Shown: positions 63,291 to 64,000 of the stretch, in pieces
Numbering within the stretch: position 1 is the first letter of the stretch
How the letters are laid out: each line of letters starts with the position of its first letter
Assembly: GCA_018304425.1 (NCBI GenBank)
Contig: JAGVWE010000003.1
Span: forward strand, 1-64,000
DNA: 64,000 nt
Reading direction: 5' to 3'
Source of the DNA: Candidatus Iainarchaeum sp.
Lineage (GTDB): Archaea; Iainarchaeota; Iainarchaeia; Iainarchaeales; UBA10219
Translations under genes and position numbers: made by a program
The notes under the pieces: model-generated
Told to the model about the DNA's origin: nothing
What the model saw: only the letters and a program-made list of their open reading frames with translations
Database searches by the model: none

Positions 63291-64000
63291 TTATTGTAGA
63301 CACGCCTTCACGAACCCCAAAAACAGGGGGTTGGGCTTCAGGGGCCGGGACGTGAACTCGGGGTGGAACTGCGTGCCCACGAAGAACTTGTGCACGGGCA
63401 ACTCCATGATTTGCATGATGCGCTTCTGGGGCGCGCGGCCGGAGAACACCAGGCCCTTGGCGGTCAACTGGTCGATGTACTGGGTGTTGACGTTGAAGCG
63501 GTGGCGGAAGCGTTCCCGGATTTTCGCGGCGCCATACAGCTTGTAGGCCAGCGTGCCTTTTTCCACGAGGACGTCGTAGCCGCCCAGCCGCATGGTGCCT
63601 CCAAGGCCTTCAATATCTTCCTGCTCGGGGAGGATGCAGATGACGGGATGCGGGGTCCTCGGGTTCACCTCCGTGGTGTTTGCGTCCTTCAAGCCACAGG
63701 CATTGCGCGCGAACTCAATCGTTGCCAACTGCATGCCATAGCAGAGGCCGAGATAGGGGATGCCGTGGGTGCGCGCGTAGCCGATGCAGGAAATCTTTCC
63801 CTCCACGCCGCGCGAGCCGAAGCCGCCGGGGACGATGAGGCCGTCAACGCCGGCCATGGCTTCTTCAACGGAACGCTTGCCCTTCTCGAGGTCGGTTGTT
63901 TCAATCCACTTCACGTTGACCTTGGACTGGGTCACGGCCGCGCAGTGTTCGAGCGCTTTCAGGATGCTGATATAAGAGTCGAAGAGACCGGTGTACTTTC
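63291..64000 (-). CDS. pyrG: CTP synthase, C-terminal glutaminase part (5' end outside the window)
   Basis: VPGGFGSRG, GLCYGMQ, GGTMRLG, ERFRHRF and QFHPEF motifs. Confidence 0.96.
   Translation of the reverse strand, partial: KYTGLFDSYISILKALEHCAAVTQSKVNVKWIETTDLEKGKRSVEEAMAGVDGLIVPGGFGSRGVEGKISCIGYARTHGIPYLGLCYGMQLATIEFARNACGLKDANTTEVNPRTPHPVICILPEQEDIEGLGGTMRLGGYDVLVEKGTLAYKLYGAAKIRERFRHRFNVNTQYIDQLTAKGLVFSGRAPQKRIMQIMELPVHKFFVGTQFHPEFTSRPLKPNPLFLGFVKACLQ

Noticed and set aside
1-64000. CRISPR array, rRNA, integrase/transposase, prophage, reverse transcriptase
   Set aside because: No regularly spaced repeats or diagnostic motifs seen by eye. This also argues against the NDT-like islet being a retron.

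Overview
GC-rich archaeal chromosomal DNA, most consistent with a DPANN archaeon such as Ca. Iainarchaeota/Diapherotrites. This is inferred from dph5, DUF357, nucS, archaeal NadM, TrmB, Trm112 and TATA boxes about 22-30 nt before start codons. The window holds an almost complete, partly bacterial-type, folate-dependent purine pathway (purF/D/N/S/L/Q/M/E/C/B/H/A, prs, folD, glyA, 5-FCL, thyX, thiC). It also has a de novo NAD operon (nadC-nadM-nadB-nadA), tldD/pmbA, enolase, a two-component pair, tRNA-Ser(UGA), two toxin-antitoxin pairs and a small AT-rich defence-like islet. The most unusual signal is about ten stand-alone orphan genes wedged between housekeeping genes. Nearly all have their own TATA box and an Arg/Pro-rich, non-hydrophobic N-terminal arm, and two otherwise unrelated ones share GRPRR(R)A[D/N]PR. 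Some carry effector-like domains: a JAB/MPN metalloprotease-like domain and a SelO-like pseudokinase. A bacterial ECF sigma-factor-like protein with a basic C-terminal tail is also present. Together these could be an undescribed exported or host-directed protein repertoire; that reading is inference and untested. Also seen: a GNAT-DHH-GNAT fusion, a 6-Cys-repeat lipoprotein, a structured AT-rich intergenic region, several small ORFs missing from the ORF track, and a gene remnant. All assignments come from reading motifs by eye; no database searches were run.
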